From NCBI GenBank assembly GCA_965208325.1, contig OZ242326.1, forward strand, positions 1,472,001-1,536,000: 64,000 bases of DNA, written 5' to 3'. Below, piece after piece: positions 1-10,200 of the stretch. Position 1 is the first letter of the stretch; each line of letters opens with the position of its first letter. The position numbers were made by a program, and so were the translations under genes. The stretch is from Candidatus Poribacteria bacterium (GTDB lineage Bacteria > Poribacteria > WGA-4E > PCPOR2b). The notes beneath the pieces are model-generated. The model was not told where the DNA came from and did no database searches. It saw only the letters and a program-made list of their open reading frames with translations.

Positions 1-265
1 AGGTTGGGAGCGATTGGCACCAACTCAGTTGATTTTCATGGGGTATGGTTATCCCCTGATAAGCTTACTATAACCCACAAGTCCAGAAATTCGCACGGAG
101 CCACGCTGTGGGAGGAAAATCCTTCTCCCGATTGTCGAGAATCAAGCGACCGAATAGGTAGCGATCAACTGAGCGAATAGCGAAGGCGATAGTTTTGGGG
201 TTGATATCACTTTTTTTAATCGAGTTGAAGGTGACGTGTAATCTTTGGTTGCAGTGACTATAATA

Positions 266-1486
266 CTAGTCCACCGGCGATTCGAGTTTACCCAATAGCG
301 TTCGGCGAATGAAATCCAACCCTTGAATAGCGAGCCAGCGGCGGATATAGTCGGTATCCTGATAGTTGCGGCTGCGTTCGAAACGGAAAGAGTCTCCCGG
401 ACCTTGCAAAAGGATGTAGGTCGCATTATCCTCGAATGGTCCCACCACCGCTAACCCTAAACCGCCGGCCGGAGTGACCTGTCTCGTGAGCGAGGATGCA
501 TGTGCTCGAATTTCTGTTTCCCCTGATTGTGGATTTACTCCTGACCCCTCCAGCGCCTCCGCCAGATTTGCCGCAGGCTTTGTGCGTGCAATTGACTCGC
601 CATACCCGGCCTCGATGAGATCGCGAACCAACTGCCCGTCGGTAAGCGTATCGACAACCCCTATCTTCAATTCTCGTTGGTTCAATATTTGCCCCAACAC
701 ATCCGGCAATGACTCCCGTCCGGCGCCGTAAACCGCGACGCCCAGCCGCTCTCTAACCGTAGCCTCCATTTCAGCAATCAGTGCGTCTGCTTCTGCGTCG
801 GTGTCGGCTTTGGCTGCGATACGCACATCAGTTTGGCCCACATGCGCCGCCAACCCAACCGTCGGGTTAGTTGAAGTCATCAAATCCCCGATTGCCCGAT
901 CCACGTTACTTTCGCCAACAGCGCAGGTCCGTATCACGCGCACCTTTGTGACCTTGCTCCCGCCCATACGCTCAATAAGCAGCGGAACCACCGAATGCTT
1001 CAGCATGTATTCAAGCTCGCGCGGCACGCCCGGCAGAGAAATCACACAGCCGCGTCCGCGCCGATCCTCGCTCAAATAACAGGGTGCGGTGCCTACGAGG
1101 TTGGATAACGGCGTTGCACCTTCGGGAATATACGCTTGGCGCTTGTTGTTTTCCGCCATCTCGCGGCCAAAGCGGCGAAACCGTTCCGCTATTTCCGCTT
1201 CCAGTTCATCGCTGTAAACGAGTTTGCGCCCAGTGGCATTGGCAGCCGCTTGGCGCGTAAGGTCATCCACGGTGGGTCCGATGCCGCCAGAGGTGATGAC
1301 AACGTCCGAACGATCCAACGCCCGGTCGAGAATCTCTGTAATGCGCGCCTCGTTGTCACCAACGGTAGTCTTGTAATATAAATCTAACCCGATCTCTCGG
1401 AGCGCGATGGCTAATCGGTTGGCATTCGTATCGACAATCTCGCCCAACAGCAGTTCAGTGCCAATCATCACAATTTCCGCGTGCAT
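266..1486 (-). CDS. cinA: CinA-like competence/damage-inducible protein (MoCF-biosynthesis-like domain + degenerate PncC-like C-terminus)
   Basis: N-terminal IGTELLLGEIVDTN, TTVGDN, SGGIGPTVDDLT, GTAP and LPGVPRE motifs; the C-terminal AESCTGG motif is replaced by VDTLTDG. Confidence 0.88.
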   Translation of the reverse strand: MHAEIVMIGTELLLGEIVDTNANRLAIALREIGLDLYYKTTVGDNEARITEILDRALDRSDVVITSGGIGPTVDDLTRQAAANATGRKLVYSDELEAEIAERFRRFGREMAENNKRQAYIPEGATPLSNLVGTAPCYLSEDRRGRGCVISLPGVPRELEYMLKHSVVPLLIERMGGSKVTKVRVIRTCAVGESNVDRAIGDLMTSTNPTVGLAAHVGQTDVRIAAKADTDAEADALIAEMEATVRERLGVAVYGAGRESLPDVLGQILNQRELKIGVVDTLTDGQLVRDLIEAGYGESIARTKPAANLAEALEGSGVNPQSGETEIRAHASSLTRQVTPAGGLGLAVVGPFEDNATYILLQGPGDSFRFERSRNYQDTDYIRRWLAIQGLDFIRRTLLGKLESPVD

Positions 1487-1545
1487 CCTACTTTTGATTC
1501 CCCTCCCCCGTTTTCTCTCAGTTCATTGCTGCAGATTGAACAACG

Positions 1546-1575
1546 GTTATATCACATTTACGAAACAATAGTCAA
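1546..1575 (-). promoter_or_regulatory. Putative sigma70 promoter for cinA
   Basis: Minus strand TTGACT-N18-TATAAC with an extended -10 TG. Confidence 0.5.
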
Positions 1576-1594
1576 GGATTAAACCAAATATGTG

Positions 1595-1623
1595 TTGACA
1601 TCATCCGGGCATACGCATAAAAT
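1595..1623 (+). promoter_or_regulatory. Putative sigma70 promoter for the DUF4234/DUF2752 pair
   Basis: TTGACA-N17-TAAAAT. Confidence 0.7.
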
Positions 1624-1796
1624 TGGAGCATGAAACCCCTCATACCGCGAGAGGAACATCTCTATCACGATAATCGAGTCTAAAACGCCGCTCACAGACA
1701 TTTTCAATACATATCTGACATCGCGCTAGTCTGCAAATAAATCCAACCTTTGGGCTTTTTTTTACACGAGCCACTATTTATGACAGGAGGTTTATC

Positions 1797-2180
1797 ATGC
1801 GGCATCGCCCGTATCCAATGGCTGACGGTGTGAGAAGCATTGCGCTCGGCATCATTTTCAGCCTGCTAACCTGTGGGATTTATTCCCTGTATTGGCAGTA
1901 CAAACAGATGGTAACGCTCAACGCGTGGTAAGGGCGGAACGATTACCGATTTTGGCTTTGGCTTTTCCTCAGCATCCTGACGTGCGGTATTTTTAGCTTC
2001 TACTATGAATACAAAATGGCCGTAGGAATCAACGAAATTCAGACTAACAGCGGGCTGCTCGTGAGCAGTTATTTAGCGGTAACATGCGTCTTGCTCGCAA
2101 TATTTGGGGTCGGCATCGCATCCCTTGCCATTCAGCAGTGGGAAATCAACAAATTCTACGATGCGCGCGACGACCTTTAA
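1797..2180 (+). pseudogene. DUF4234-like membrane protein with an in-frame TAA at 1929-1931 (missed by the ORF track)
   Basis: AGGAGG RBS then MRHRPYPMADGVRSIALGIIFSLLTCGIYSLYWQYKQMVTLNAW*GRNDYRFWLWLFLSILTCGIFSFYYEYKM...QQWEINKFYDARDDL; duplicated LTCGI motif typical of DUF4234. Confidence 0.75.
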
Positions 2181-2544
2181 TCACATACATCTTGCGCGAG
2201 TTTTCCTGATTGGACTTGCTCTCGTCGGCATATACTCCGCATGGTCGGGTATATCGCCCGATAAGATGACGCTCATTCCGTGCTTATTTCGCGTCATCAC
2301 GGATATGTCGTGTCCCGGCTGCGGTATGACGCGCGCCTGTGTCTCGCTTGCACAGGGAAACATTACTGCAGCTTGGCATTTCCATCCGTTTGTATTTTTT
2401 GTTGTTCCGTTAGCCCTCGGCATCTCATGCGCTCCGACCCGCCTACGAGATACTTGGCTAAGGCTATCCGCTCCCATCCGAAACTGCGTTCCTTGTATCG
2501 GCATCGCTCTCGTTCTAGGCGTCTGGATCTTTCGCTTAACCTAA
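2161..2544 (+). CDS. DUF2752 family membrane protein
   Basis: C-x-F-x4-T-x3-CPGCGMTRA...A-x3-HP motif; ATG at 2161 overlaps the end of the upstream gene. Confidence 0.85.
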   Translation: MRATTFNHIHLARVFLIGLALVGIYSAWSGISPDKMTLIPCLFRVITDMSCPGCGMTRACVSLAQGNITAAWHFHPFVFFVVPLALGISCAPTRLRDTWLRLSAPIRNCVPCIGIALVLGVWIFRLT

Positions 2545-2617
2545 TTCTAGTGCGCTCAAGCGTTGTGCAGAATTCGAAGGTTGCGAGGAGCGGGTATGGT
2601 GTTACAGGTGAAGTGTT

Positions 2618-2635
2618 CCGCTCTACCAAACCTAC
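2618..2635 (-). repeat. REP-like element (GTAGGTTTGGTAGAGCGG family)
   Basis: Near-identical to 34685-34702 (+) and 34983-34999 (-); intergenic. Confidence 0.65.
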
Positions 2636-2843
2636 ATGATTTGGACAGTAAGGCTTGACCGACCGGACGTTTTTGAGGGACCATCGCAATGCTAAAAGTA
2701 AATTGCGGCGGCACGTAACCAATCGCCGGTTAGACACAAGGTCTTCATTTCAGACGGTTAAAGATGCTATACAGGCAACACCTGAAATTCAAGTTGGTTT
2801 GTGCGGGAATCGGATTCTTGATGCCGGAGGGGAAATTGCATCG

Positions 2844-3317
2844 GTGAACAGTCTCGTGAAGCGTGAGTTTCCTCTTTTGGAACAGACCTTGGCGTTGCGT
2901 ACGCAGTTGATCGACATACTGACCGACGCGGATCTCGGCCACGTACTCCCCGGAAATCCATCCCTCGGCGAACTGTGCTGTGAAGCTGGGCAGCACGACG
3001 AGATTTACATCGAGTCCTTCCGGACTTTCGTTCTAGATTGGTCGCCGCGGCACGCGCCGTACGGAGCCCAAACACAAGTTGAGGCACCCAAAGAGTGGTA
3101 CGCTAGCTCCGATGATTCGCTGAAGGCGGCACTCACGGCGCTCTCCGAGGAGGACATACAAGGCAAGACCATCGACCGCCAAGGTTACGCCGTGCCGGTT
3201 GGGGTACAATTTCACATCTACCGGGAATCAGTTTTAATCTTCTGCGGCAAGGCGAGCGTCTACCTACGCGCTCTGGGAAAGCGTCTCCCCCCGCAGCGGC
3301 AGCAATGGATTGGTTGA
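2844..3317 (+). CDS. DinB/YfiT-like four-helix-bundle protein
   Basis: GTG start after GGAGG; ILTDADL..LPGNPSLGELC and QFHIYRE..IFCGKASVYLRALG pattern resembles the DinB superfamily; the ORF-track upstream extension looks non-coding. Confidence 0.6.
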   Translation: MNSLVKREFPLLEQTLALRTQLIDILTDADLGHVLPGNPSLGELCCEAGQHDEIYIESFRTFVLDWSPRHAPYGAQTQVEAPKEWYASSDDSLKAALTALSEEDIQGKTIDRQGYAVPVGVQFHIYRESVLIFCGKASVYLRALGKRLPPQRQQWIG

Positions 3318-3414
3318 CAGCATCGTTAGCATTGAAAAACCAATCGACCAACGCTAGCCGTCCATCTGGAATCAAGGAGAGGTTTCCGCTTTTCAGGTGA
3401 AATTTGTGTGGGCA

Positions 3415-4569
3415 TTACACGGTCTTCAATCGCCGCGCTGCCTTCCACTGCCGCCAGAAATTGATACCGACACTGAATAAAACGGCGGCGCCGATAATTC
3501 CTAACATCAACCCCAGTATCGCGAAGCTAGAAGAACGAATGCCATACCAACAGCCGGCAACGAACGCCGTGGCAATGAAGAAATCTTGGATACATTGCCG
3601 CCTCGCCCTTCTGAGTACGGCGCGCAGGTTTTTTCCCCGCTCTTGTTTCACATAATTCGTCAGCAGTTCGACAGAGATTTGCGGCGGGTAAGCGCGAGCT
3701 TCTTCGGGTGACACGTCTCGCACACATCGAAACCCAATGTTGCTCGCAATGTAGTCCGGCGGCGCGTGAAACCGATTTGCGCTGCGGAAATAACGCTGCG
3801 CAGTTTCATCTCTAACCTCTAACCATGACCCGCCTCGCAAGACTTTGTGTTCGTCGCCGTAACTGCGGTCAATGTAGTGACTCTGCGAATAAGGCCTAAA
3901 CCTATCCGAGGTCCATTCCCATACGTTTCCTGCAACTTCATGCACGCCGTATGGGCTTGCTGCGAGAGGCCGAGCGCCAACCGGCGTGGGTTCATCCGTG
4001 AGAATCTGTGCCAAATCTGACGGCTGCTCCGTGGTGTTCCCGACTCCGATTCGCCCTTTCATGCCGCCGTCCGCGCAGTCTGTTGATGGTTGATTGAGAA
4101 AGTCGTCTCCCCACGGATAGATGCGTCCATCTGCGCCTCTGGCGGCTTTCTCCCATTCCGCCTCGGACGGCAAACGTCCGCCTGCCCATTCGGCGAAAGC
4201 GTTCGCGTCGTTCCAATTAACGTGTACGACTGGCAGGTTCTCCTGGCCGCGCACAGCCTTTCCGTCTTTCCAATCGGGCGGCGCAGGATGCCCCGTCGCA
4301 TTCACAAATTTCGCATATTCCGCATTCGTGACAGGATAACGGTCAATCCGGTAGGCTCCAAGGTAAACAACGTGCATCGGCGCTTCATTGTAGTTAGCGT
4401 ATTCAGATTGAGCCAAAATAGTGCCATAGAATGGTTCGATATCCGTGCCCATGATAAACGCGCTCGGCGGGATAACGACGTCATCTGTATGCAGCGCACC
4501 CGGTCGTTCCAGACCGATATCTGCGTGGTTGGCGGCTTCCGAGGCACTGCTTCCACTAGTAGCGTTCAT
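3415..4569 (-). CDS. FGE-sulfatase/SUMF1-family protein with two C-terminal TM helices
   Basis: FIMG, PVTNAEY, PVVHVNWNDA, RLPSEAEWEKAARG, GNVWEW, RGGSW, IGFRC motifs; ATG at 4569 overlaps the upstream stop (ATGA). Confidence 0.88.
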   Translation of the reverse strand: MNATSGSSASEAANHADIGLERPGALHTDDVVIPPSAFIMGTDIEPFYGTILAQSEYANYNEAPMHVVYLGAYRIDRYPVTNAEYAKFVNATGHPAPPDWKDGKAVRGQENLPVVHVNWNDANAFAEWAGGRLPSEAEWEKAARGADGRIYPWGDDFLNQPSTDCADGGMKGRIGVGNTTEQPSDLAQILTDEPTPVGARPLAASPYGVHEVAGNVWEWTSDRFRPYSQSHYIDRSYGDEHKVLRGGSWLEVRDETAQRYFRSANRFHAPPDYIASNIGFRCVRDVSPEEARAYPPQISVELLTNYVKQERGKNLRAVLRRARRQCIQDFFIATAFVAGCWYGIRSSSFAILGLMLGIIGAAVLFSVGINFWRQWKAARRLKTV

Positions 4570-5387
4570 CGGCGAAAATTCCATTCGTCCGTTGCGTATT
4601 TCGTTTTAACTAAGCAATCTGCAGATTCCAGCTCTCGGTCTGAGAGTTCACCTTCAATCAATTGCACACCCAACTGTTCCTCGAATCCGGCGGCGACCGC
4701 ATCTTCAATTTGCCGCCGATTAATCTGCACACATTCGCCAGTGTTGATAAAAGCGGACATCCCTTTGAGGTACCGGTCAAAGCCGGACTGCCGCGAAGCG
4801 AGCGCTAGCACCTCGGCGGGCGGCATGTCGAGAGCGATGTAACCTTGGTGCATCACGCCAATCTGGTTGCGGCGCTGGGATACGCCCGCGATTTTTTTCC
4901 CGTCGAGCATGACATCGTACTTGGCGGGATTTGTCAGGCAGATGTTGCCGAGATCGGTGTCAGACTGCCTCTCCTGATTCGCCGAGTGCTGTGCCAACGC
5001 TTCAATCTGTGAAGTTGGAAATCCGATTTTTTTGAATCCGTTAATGAGACAGCCGCTGATGGCGTCGTATGATGCCGAGATGGATTTCGGCAAGATACCG
5101 CCATGCGGCATAACGACCGCATAAGTAACATCCCAGCCGTGAACAACTGTACCGCCGCCCGTCATTCGGCGAACAAGCTCGACGCCTCGTGTGGCGCACG
5201 CTACGGCATCAACTTCGCGCGAAATTTGCTGAAAGTACCCAAAACTGAAAGCGGGCTGCGACCAATCATAAAACCGCAGTGTGGGTTGAGGGCTGGCAGC
5301 TTGACGAGAAAGAATTGCCTCATCAATTGCCATGTTCATCGCAGCGCTATGTTTACCGGTCCGCAATAGCCGCCAAACGTCATTCAT
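4566..5387 (-). CDS. Lipoate-protein ligase A / octanoyltransferase (LplA/LipM family)
   Basis: NMAIDEAIL, PTLRFY.W, GYFQ, RRMTGGGTVVH, GKKIAGVSQ. Confidence 0.88.
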   Translation of the reverse strand: MNDVWRLLRTGKHSAAMNMAIDEAILSRQAASPQPTLRFYDWSQPAFSFGYFQQISREVDAVACATRGVELVRRMTGGGTVVHGWDVTYAVVMPHGGILPKSISASYDAISGCLINGFKKIGFPTSQIEALAQHSANQERQSDTDLGNICLTNPAKYDVMLDGKKIAGVSQRRNQIGVMHQGYIALDMPPAEVLALASRQSGFDRYLKGMSAFINTGECVQINRRQIEDAVAAGFEEQLGVQLIEGELSDRELESADCLVKTKYATDEWNFRR

Positions 5388-5499
5388 AGATTCTCTGTAT
5401 CCCCAAGTATAACGCTTTCATTAAGTACGCTTTAATCCTGGGTCTTCACTGTCCGCCACATACATTGCCAACCACGCTCATGACGGCTGAATTAATCGG

Positions 5500-6792
<1,293 letters not shown>

Positions 6793-6937
6793 TTACAATG
6801 TGTAAAATGGCGTCTTGATTTATATCAATGTTATCATCCGATGTGTGAGAAAACCAGAAATTTTATCTTTCGCGCCAATCAATCAGCGGTCGCAAATTTT
6901 CATGATATTCTGCTTTGGCATGATGTCCAATCCGCCC

Positions 6938-6967
6938 ATTATATCCGACTTTGGAGATGATGTGCAA
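6938..6967 (-). promoter_or_regulatory. Putative sigma70 promoter for lysA
   Basis: Minus strand TTGCAC-N18-TATAAT. Confidence 0.45.
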
Positions 6968-7002
6968 AATTTCGTGCGGCGCCGTAGCAGCGGTAAATAT
7001 CC

Positions 7003-7031
7003 TTGACGGTCACATCGCAATTTGCTATTAT
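7003..7031 (+). promoter_or_regulatory. Putative sigma70 promoter for tamB-bamA
   Basis: TTGACG-N17-TATTAT with TGn extension. Confidence 0.6.
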
Positions 7032-7221
7032 ACTTAGCCACGATTTGCAGAGGATTTGTCATGCGTTAGGAAACTCTAATCCACTAAATGTATAACGTAA
7101 AAATCCTTCCAACCGCCCGTAAAGTCCATTTGATGTACAAAATCGCCGCACCGAATCAAGATCGGTTGTTTTACACGAAAAACCCGCTGCAAATGAACCC
7201 TAAGCATCGTAGGAAGGCACT

Positions 7222-10200
7222 ATGCGGACGCGAAATGTATTCCTGATATTTTTTGCGGTTATTGTAATCACTTTGGTTATTGGCGTATTTTTCTTTTCGC
7301 GTTCCGCATACCTGCTCAATCGGGTTCGAATTGTGATAGTGGATGAACTTGAAAACCAGTTGAATCACCCGGTTTCCATTGGCAAGATTTCCGGTAATGT
7401 GTTAACCGGATTGAAAGTCCACCAACTCGAGGTCGCCAAACAACATCCTGACAAGCCGAATCCCATTCTGATTGATGAGGTTAATGTTAAGTATCGACTT
7501 TGGGGATTAATGCAGGGTAAATTTGTCGTCCAGCGGTTCAATCTTTACCGTCCACAAATCAACGCATATATTGATCGAGATGGCAAATTCAACCTATCAT
7601 CGCTAATGCCGGAGAAAACCGCCGAATCGAGTGCGAGACGCCCTCAGCTCCTAATTTCACGTGCTAACGTCGAAGATGGCGGCATCTCTTTTGTAGATGA
7701 AACGCGAAAATTCAAAATAGCCATCAGCGGCATTCAGAGCCTCATAGATAACCCGAAGCAGAGCGCCGAATATAATGGAAGCATGAACATAAGAGATGGC
7801 AGCTTTGAATTGAACGGCATTTCGACGCAAATTGACGAACTCGTAACCGAGTTTGAGTTTTTGAAAAACCAGGGCGAGTTGAAAACATTGCGCCTCACTG
7901 TGGGAAATTCTTCCCTGACGATTTCCGGAGGCTTGAATAATTTCAACAGCGAATCTCCGAGTAACGAGCGTTCGACGCCTATCCTAGATACACAAATTGA
8001 CCTCAATGTCGATCTGCGAGATCTGCAGAAATATTTCCCAACTTACGAATTGGAAGGGTTTGCACAAGCCGCAATACAAGCCAAGGGATGGATTGGCGAC
8101 ATTGTTGGACAATGTAATCTCAAACTTCCTCAAGCAAAGATTAATCAGATACCGCTTGAAAATTGGGTTGCGGACGCCGAGTTTACCCAGGATCGATTTC
8201 ACTTAAACGCAATTAATGGGGAATTAGCTTCCGGATCAGCTACGGGCGACGCAGATTTTAAGTTGGCTTCAGAAGGTGTGACGTACAGTGGGACATTGAA
8301 ACTTTCCGACCTTCAAGCGCATCAGGTTTTGCCCACGGTCATTGAACTGCCCGAAGATTTTTTGGTTGTCAATGGGCGCGTCAACGGCAAAATCCTGTTC
8401 AGTGGGAACAGCGCTAATTTGAACGGTTTCCAACTGGATTCCAACCTAGAATTGAGCGAGGCTTCCCTCAACGATGTGCCTATTCGACTTTCAAAAGCGC
8501 GCTGTGATATAGAACACAATCGGTTATCCGTGTCGGCAAATTTTGATGACGCCGAAATTCGACTCGACGGACCGCTTGGGTCGGCTGGTCGTTCTGACAT
8601 CAATCTGAATATCACCCAGATTGATGTCGGGAAACTTTCTCGTATCTTGCGTTTGCCGGACCTGAGCGGCAGTGGCACGCTCACAGGAAGGATATCACCG
8701 AATCCTCCCCTCACCGCAACGTTTAGTATACCCGACGCCGCTTTATACGATGTCCCTATTGGTGTGTTGCGGGCGGAATTTCACTATGCCGAAGGCCGTG
8801 TTATGCTCCATCCAGTGAGCCTTGTAAAGGGCGAGAGCGAAATAACGCTCACCGGAGTAGCTCGGATGGAAAACGATATCCCTGTCGATTTCAGCGTAAC
8901 CGCGCAGCCGCTTCAGATTGCGGATTATGTTAGGCTTGCCGGCGACGATTATCCTATTGAAGGAATTGCAACCGGCGAACTCAAACTTGATGGGACGCTT
9001 GCGAGCCTAGACGGTCGGGGAAACCTCCACGTCGCGGCCGGACAAGCCTGGGAATTGGCGCTTGATCCACTAACGCTTCCATTAGAAATCCAGGATTATG
9101 TTGTCAAGACCCCCAATTTTGAGATATTGGTTCGTGGGCAGCGCGGCGTGCTCAACACAGAACTGACGCCGGATGGAGACTATGACATCAGCTTCCAAAG
9201 CGAGGCGATGCGGTTGGCAGAACTTGCGCGGGCGAAGGGGATAACAGATTTCCAATTGGACGCCGATGTTGTCGTCCTTGCAACCGGTCGTGCAAACGTC
9301 ACAAATCCGAGGGTCGATCTGAGCTTTGATTTCTCAAATGTCTCTTACGCAGGAAAACCGCTGCGCGATGTTCGCCTTGAAGGTATCTACATGGGTGACA
9401 AGCTGCATTTCGAAGGTTCGGGATTTGACAACACATGTCGAATCCAAGGGGTAATGGAATCGGTTGAAGGAAACCCATACAAAGTTTTCGTGGACGGTAA
9501 GGGTGTAGACGTCAAGCCAATCCTGCGGATTTTTAACGACACGCTGTCAGATAAAATCACGGGAAGTGCCAACGGTGCGCTGGAAATATCCGGAACCCTC
9601 GCGGACACATCCCAATTCACACTGAACATGTCCTTACCTTCCCTCGCGCTTCAGGCCAATGGGAGACAGTTGTTTAATCCTTCCACTGTCAAACTCAGCT
9701 TTGCCGACGACCTTTGGCACGTTGAATCCTTTGAACTTGCGGATAGCCGTGACCGCCGCCGCTTACTACGCGCAGCTGGAACGCTGGGGGCAGCAGCATT
9801 TGAACCGAACCCGCCGTCCTCTACGCCGCTGTCGGAAGCAACGGACCTGCCTCGAGAACGGTTCGATTTCACTGTCGAGTCTGAAGGGTTTGCACTCGAA
9901 TACCTAACCGATATTTTAGGCATGACGCCAATGGTGTCAGGCACAGCCCGATATAAACTCACCGGGAACGGAACCGCCGAAGATGCTCAATTGGTGTTGG
10001 ATTGGTCGCTCGAAAATCTGTCCGTTAATTTACCGTTAGAACCCGTCACCATTAGTGAAGCCGCCGGACGTTTAGTTTACAAGAATCGGAACTTGATTGT
10101 GGAGCAGTCCAATTTTCTCTGGCTCGATAATTCCATTCATGTTGACGGTAGTGTGCCGTTAAATCTCAGTGCATTGCCAATGTCTTTTGAGGACCGAATT

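Noticed and set aside
1929..1931. TAA reassignment or an alternative genetic code
   Set aside because: TAA terminates rpmG, rplK, rplJ, rplL and others normally; this is a single isolated case
4090..4842. 250-aa plus-strand ORF and similar shadow ORFs (e.g. 48295-48882, 44292-44831, 53310-53834, 61379-61912)
   Set aside because: Antisense or out-of-frame to well-supported genes, with no motifs
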